Source: Promethearchaeota archaeon (lineage in GTDB: Archaea > Asgardarchaeota > Lokiarchaeia > Sigyniarchaeales > SOKP01). Taken from it: a stretch of 64,000 nucleotides of DNA. Under the pieces are notes generated by a model. That model made no database searches and had not been told where the DNA came from. It saw only the letters and a program-made list of their open reading frames with translations. The translations under genes and the position numbers were made by a program. Positions 59,869-64,000 of the stretch are shown in pieces (positions within the stretch are counted from its first letter, which is position 1; every line of letters starts with the position of its first letter). The stretch covers positions 1 through 64,000 of the forward strand of contig JAHPZI010000023.1 of assembly GCA_019058295.1 (NCBI GenBank), written 5' to 3'.

Positions 59869-60795
59869 ATGGTTGATGTTAATTATGTCTTTCTTTTATC
59901 TTTGGTTATAATAATCATAGGGTTCATCCTTAAGAAACTGAAAATTATAACAGAAGAGAATGCTAAAGTCATTGCTAAAATAATTTTTAATGTGACATTG
60001 CCAGCGATAATACTAAGTGTAATGAGTACTTTAGAAATCAATATTGCACTTATTTTAATACCAATTATTATGATAGTCTTTAGTCTTGGTGTATTAGTTT
60101 TTGCTCTAATCCTATTTAGAAATATTCCAAGAGAAAGGAAAGGATTAATTTTGATGACCGTCATAGGATTCAATGTCGTTCACCTAGCATTTCCGTTAGT
60201 TCAAGGAATTTGGGGAGAAGAGGGATTTCAATATATTGCTCTTGTTGATATGGGCAATGCTATAACAGTCTTCTTAATCTGTTATTTAATAGCGTCCATA
60301 TTTTCACCAAAAATAGAATCAGAAGGGCTTGAGGTTAATTTTAAATATATAGGTAAAAAATTACTCAAATCTACACCACTCATTGCTTACATTGTCGGGC
60401 TTAGTATAAATTTTTCTGGAGCAACATTACCAGATTTCGTAATGGATCTATTATCAATTCTCGGAAGAGCTAATACTGCGCTAACATTACTTTTATTGGG
60501 GATTTATTTGAATTTTAAGTTTGAAAAGGCAGAATGGGGATTAATTCTTAAGGTTTTAGTTATCCGGTATTCAATTGGATTAGTAGTTGGTTTTATTTTA
60601 TTTTTATATTTACCTTTTAATCTCGTGTATCGAATGATCATATTAATCGCTTTAATTCTGCCAGTCGGATTAGCTACAATTCCTTTTTCCGTTGAGTTCG
60701 ATTATGATGAACGGATAATTAATATGATGGTTACGCTGACAATTATTATTAGTTTTAGCCTTATGTGGATTTTAGTTTTAGTATTAGGCGTTTGA
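59869..60795 (+). CDS. AEC (auxin efflux carrier) family transporter
   Basis: FNVTLPA, GFNV..LAFPL and TPLIAY; about 10 TMs. Confidence 0.85.
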   Translation: MVDVNYVFLLSLVIIIIGFILKKLKIITEENAKVIAKIIFNVTLPAIILSVMSTLEINIALILIPIIMIVFSLGVLVFALILFRNIPRERKGLILMTVIGFNVVHLAFPLVQGIWGEEGFQYIALVDMGNAITVFLICYLIASIFSPKIESEGLEVNFKYIGKKLLKSTPLIAYIVGLSINFSGATLPDFVMDLLSILGRANTALTLLLLGIYLNFKFEKAEWGLILKVLVIRYSIGLVVGFILFLYLPFNLVYRMIILIALILPVGLATIPFSVEFDYDERIINMMVTLTIIISFSLMWILVLVLGV

Positions 60796-60804
60796 TAATC
60801 AATA

Positions 60805-61626
60805 TTAATATTTATAAAAGCCTTTCCTTGTTTTCAACCCCAATTCTCCCCTCTCTACCATTTCCTTAAGAGTTTGAGGTGGTTCATCATCAGGATTGCC
60901 ACTTTCTTTGTAATAGGACATTTCAACATCATAAACTACATCAAGACCTATCGCATCCATAAGCTGAAACGGTCCTAAACCCATACCTGTGAATATTTTC
61001 CAAGCAATATCAACAGTTTCAATATCTGCATAACCTCCCTCCCATATCTTTAAACAATCTTTTTTTACAACGTGCCATATTCTATTAAATACAAAACCAA
61101 AGCATTCTTTATTTACCACTAGCGGAGTAGTTTCGATGTCTTCAAGAAATTTCTTACCTTTCTCAAATATAGTATCACTAGTCTTAGTCCCTTTCTGAAT
61201 ATCTACCATCGGTGTGTTCATTGGATGATAAAAATGAAGGTTTAACACTTTATCCTTTCTCTCAACTGCACTTTCTATCTTAGAGACAGGGATCGAGGAG
61301 CTATTCGTGGCTATAATAGCATGGGGGGGAGCTTCTTTATCAATTTGCGAGAATATTTCCTTTTTTAAGTCTAACTTCTCTGGTACTGCCTCAATGATTA
61401 GATCTGCATCTTTAACCGCCTCAGAGAGTGATTCATGAAATGTAACTTCTCCAGATATACCTAGTCTCTTCTTTTTTCTCTCTAGCCTCCTTACGAATTT
61501 ATTTAATCCTTCAGGATTAACATCAAAAAAGCGTATTGTATAGTTTTTTAATGTTATTTTCTCACCAATTAATTTTCCCAGGAATCCAGCTCCAATAATA
61601 GAAACAGTCTTTATTTCATTAACCAT
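60805..61626 (-). CDS. 3-hydroxyacyl-CoA dehydrogenase family protein
   Basis: GAGFLG, EAVPE, TNSSS, GFVFNR and GPFQLMDAIGLD. Confidence 0.9.
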   Translation of the reverse strand: MVNEIKTVSIIGAGFLGKLIGEKITLKNYTIRFFDVNPEGLNKFVRRLERKKKRLGISGEVTFHESLSEAVKDADLIIEAVPEKLDLKKEIFSQIDKEAPPHAIIATNSSSIPVSKIESAVERKDKVLNLHFYHPMNTPMVDIQKGTKTSDTIFEKGKKFLEDIETTPLVVNKECFGFVFNRIWHVVKKDCLKIWEGGYADIETVDIAWKIFTGMGLGPFQLMDAIGLDVVYDVEMSYYKESGNPDDEPPQTLKEMVERGELGLKTRKGFYKY

Positions 61627-61738
61627 AATATATTCTCCTTATCTATTATAAAATATCCTAAAAAATATTTTTTTAATAATAGTTTTTTTAATAATAAATA
61701 CAATATATCTATTATTTTATAAGAATTAATAATAGAAA

Positions 61739-62896
61739 ATGAATAGTATAGAAAGAATATGGGCTGCCTTAAACTTAGAGGAACCAGATAGAATTCCCAC
61801 CCATACCATTAATATTGATGGAAATGTTGCCGATCAATTAATAGGAAAAAAAACTGGAAGATCAATTTTTGAAGTATTTGATGATTTAGAAGAAAAATAC
61901 CCAGATTCTTGGCTTGATGAAGTCAACAACGTCTTGAATGATATTGAAATCGGAGTTTTTGCAAAATCGGTAAGAGCAGGCTATGAATTAGGTTTTGATG
62001 GTGTTGGAATTCAATATATACCATTCATCCTCGAAAGTCAAGAAGAAATGACGGATATTTTTGGCAAACGACATAAAATAAGAAATATAGATGGAAATCC
62101 TTACCCTGACTACTATGGAGGATATATTAAAAACCGAGAAGATTGGGAAGCATATCCTAAACCAGATTTAAAAGAAGAATATAAAAAAGCTAAGAAGTTT
62201 TATAAAGGAGTTCTAAGAAAATGTCGTGATATTAAAAATGATATTTGTATTATAGCGCAAAATGCTTTAACTTCAGTTTTTCCCCCTGTTTGGCAAGGTA
62301 TGGGGATGACAAATTTTGTAATTGCATTAAAAAGAGACCCTAAGCTCATTGAGGAACGTTTTAGATATACAACAGACTTTGTATTGACGGTTTTTAAAGC
62401 ATATGCAGATTGTGGGGCTAAAATTTTTCTAGAAGGTGGTGATATAGCTTATAATAACGGACCATTGATTAATCCTAAATATTTCGACCAATATGTTAAA
62501 CCTTGCCTTCAAGAAGTTGCTGATGCTATACATGATTGGGGCGGAAAATACATATTACATACTGATGGAGATATTACAACTCTTTTGGATTTTATCGTGG
62601 ATTGTAGATTTGATGGCTTACAATGTTTGGAACCTCCACTTGTTGATCTCGATTTAGTTAAGAAAAAAGTGGGTGATAAATTATGTCTCTCAGGAAATAT
62701 TGATACAAGACACGTCTTAGTAAAAGGTACTAAAGAAGAAGTTTATAATGCAGTGAAATATGCTATTAAAAAATTGGCTCCTGGAGGTGGTTTCATGGTA
62801 TCTCCTGCTAATTTTCATCCTGAGATATCAATTGAATGTTTAAAATGGATGATTGAAGCAACTATAAAGTATGGAAAATATCCACTTCAATTATAA
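61739..62896 (+). CDS. Uroporphyrinogen decarboxylase / MtaA-CmuA family protein
   Basis: EEPDRIP, GDIAY, LHTDG, LSGNID and PGGGF. Confidence 0.88.
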   Translation: MNSIERIWAALNLEEPDRIPTHTINIDGNVADQLIGKKTGRSIFEVFDDLEEKYPDSWLDEVNNVLNDIEIGVFAKSVRAGYELGFDGVGIQYIPFILESQEEMTDIFGKRHKIRNIDGNPYPDYYGGYIKNREDWEAYPKPDLKEEYKKAKKFYKGVLRKCRDIKNDICIIAQNALTSVFPPVWQGMGMTNFVIALKRDPKLIEERFRYTTDFVLTVFKAYADCGAKIFLEGGDIAYNNGPLINPKYFDQYVKPCLQEVADAIHDWGGKYILHTDGDITTLLDFIVDCRFDGLQCLEPPLVDLDLVKKKVGDKLCLSGNIDTRHVLVKGTKEEVYNAVKYAIKKLAPGGGFMVSPANFHPEISIECLKWMIEATIKYGKYPLQL

Positions 62897-62940
62897 TTTT
62901 CTATAATTTATTTTAAATAATTGTTATTCTTTATGAAATT

Positions 62941-63684
62941 ATGTCTAAACTAATATATTTAGGCTGTTTATCAAGTTCTCAATATTTAGAGACATGCAGA
63001 AATGCTGAGAAATTAATCAAATTCTTAGATAACGAATATCAAGTTCTCGACAATGTTCCTTGCTGTGGAGCTTTAGCTTATCACATTTCATCTGATGAAG
63101 AAATGCAGAATCATACACAATTTCTTAATGAATGGTTCAAAGAAAACGATGTGAGAGAACTTATTACTATATGTGCTGGGTGCTACAATTATCTTACTCA
63201 TTATTATCCCAAATATTTGGGGTCAGATTTTAATGTAAGGGTGGAGCATTTATTGCAGTTTATAAGTCGACCCGAAAATTTAAAAAAATTAAATTTAAAA
63301 TATACTGGAAAAAAACTTAACATATATTATCATGATGCGTGTCATCTAAGGAATGCTGACGTTCCAATTATCGAGGAGGCACGAGAGATTTTAAATTCAA
63401 TTGAAGGTCCCATTGAGCTTAGAGAATTGGAAAATAATAGAATAAATTCATTATGCTGTGGAGCAGGAGGAGGTGTTTATTCAATTTTTAAAGAAAATAG
63501 CGATTATAATTCTTTATTGATTTTTAAGCAGGCGAGAATGGCTAAAGCTCTATTAACTGCTTGCCCATTTTGTTATACTTCATTAAAAAGAATTCGAGAA
63601 GAAAATAAGATAAAGACACCTGTAATTAAAATCGAAGATTTTATCATCAGATTAATGGAAGGGGGGGATCCTATAAGTGTCTGA
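62941..63684 (+). CDS. CCG-domain Fe-S protein (LutA/HdrB/GlpC-like)
   Basis: GC..CCG..CAGC and HDACH..CCGAGGG..ACPFC. Confidence 0.88.
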   Translation: MSKLIYLGCLSSSQYLETCRNAEKLIKFLDNEYQVLDNVPCCGALAYHISSDEEMQNHTQFLNEWFKENDVRELITICAGCYNYLTHYYPKYLGSDFNVRVEHLLQFISRPENLKKLNLKYTGKKLNIYYHDACHLRNADVPIIEEAREILNSIEGPIELRELENNRINSLCCGAGGGVYSIFKENSDYNSLLIFKQARMAKALLTACPFCYTSLKRIREENKIKTPVIKIEDFIIRLMEGGDPISV

Positions 63685-64000
63685 GAAAGGAAAGGAATTA
63701 TTTGAAAAAGTCAAGCAAAATATAGGCAGAACTCAAGAAAAAGGTACATTAGAAGAACAATTTGCGGAGATATGGAAGTTAGCTTGCATTATGAAATCAA
63801 AAAATTATGATTTAAGACATAAATATGATGATTCAGTTAAAGAATTCGTAGAGAAATATAAAGACCAACTTATAGAAATGAGAGATGATTTCCTCGAAAA
63901 CATTGATTATTATGTTGAAAAATGTATAGAAATGCTTAAAAAAAATGGATTTAAAGTCTATTATGCTAAAACTAATGAAGAAGCCCATGAAATTTTCATG
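63677..64000 (+). CDS. LUD-domain / LutB-like lactate utilisation protein (partial, runs off the right edge)
   Basis: Manual translation from GTG 63677: MSEKGKELFEK...ENIDYYVEKCIEMLKKNGFKVYYAKTNEEAHEIF; overlaps the stop of the CCG gene. Confidence 0.65.
   Translation, partial: MSEKGKELFEKVKQNIGRTQEKGTLEEQFAEIWKLACIMKSKNYDLRHKYDDSVKEFVEKYKDQLIEMRDDFLENIDYYVEKCIEMLKKNGFKVYYAKTNEEAHEIFM

Noticed and set aside
1361-60173. Numerous short overlapping or antisense ORFs in the track (e.g. 1361..1657, 16982..17467, 22540..22860, 32737..33054, 51030..51389)
   Set aside because: Each lies within a longer gene with clear family motifs and has no motif of its own.

Overview
This is a very AT-rich, densely coding chromosomal segment from an archaeon. 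The gene content (two TFB-type factors, aldehyde:ferredoxin oxidoreductase, LRR/HEAT/SET proteins, DUF362 paralogs, many acyl-CoA enzymes) most resembles Asgard archaea (Lokiarchaeia-like); that assignment is inference. About 50 CDSs are visible, and no rRNA, tRNA, CRISPR array or transposase was recognised. Highlights: (1) a head-to-head pair of ParM/StbA-type actin-like genes, one with intact ATPase motifs and one degenerate with an apparent ATT start missed by the ORF track. Each is followed by an uncharacterised helical partner gene, and the block is bracketed by inward-facing DUF362 paralogs. (2) Two tandem P2-like P-type ATPases have PINL/PINI instead of the TM4 PEGL motif (flippase- or proton-pump-like) and His instead of the TM6 Asp. 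(3) A partial Gly/Pro-repeat protein sits at the left edge. (4) A surface LamG-GH53 protein precedes a MacB/DevC-like ABC, 8x2TM protein and acyltransferase operon. All calls come from motif recognition by eye; no searches were run.
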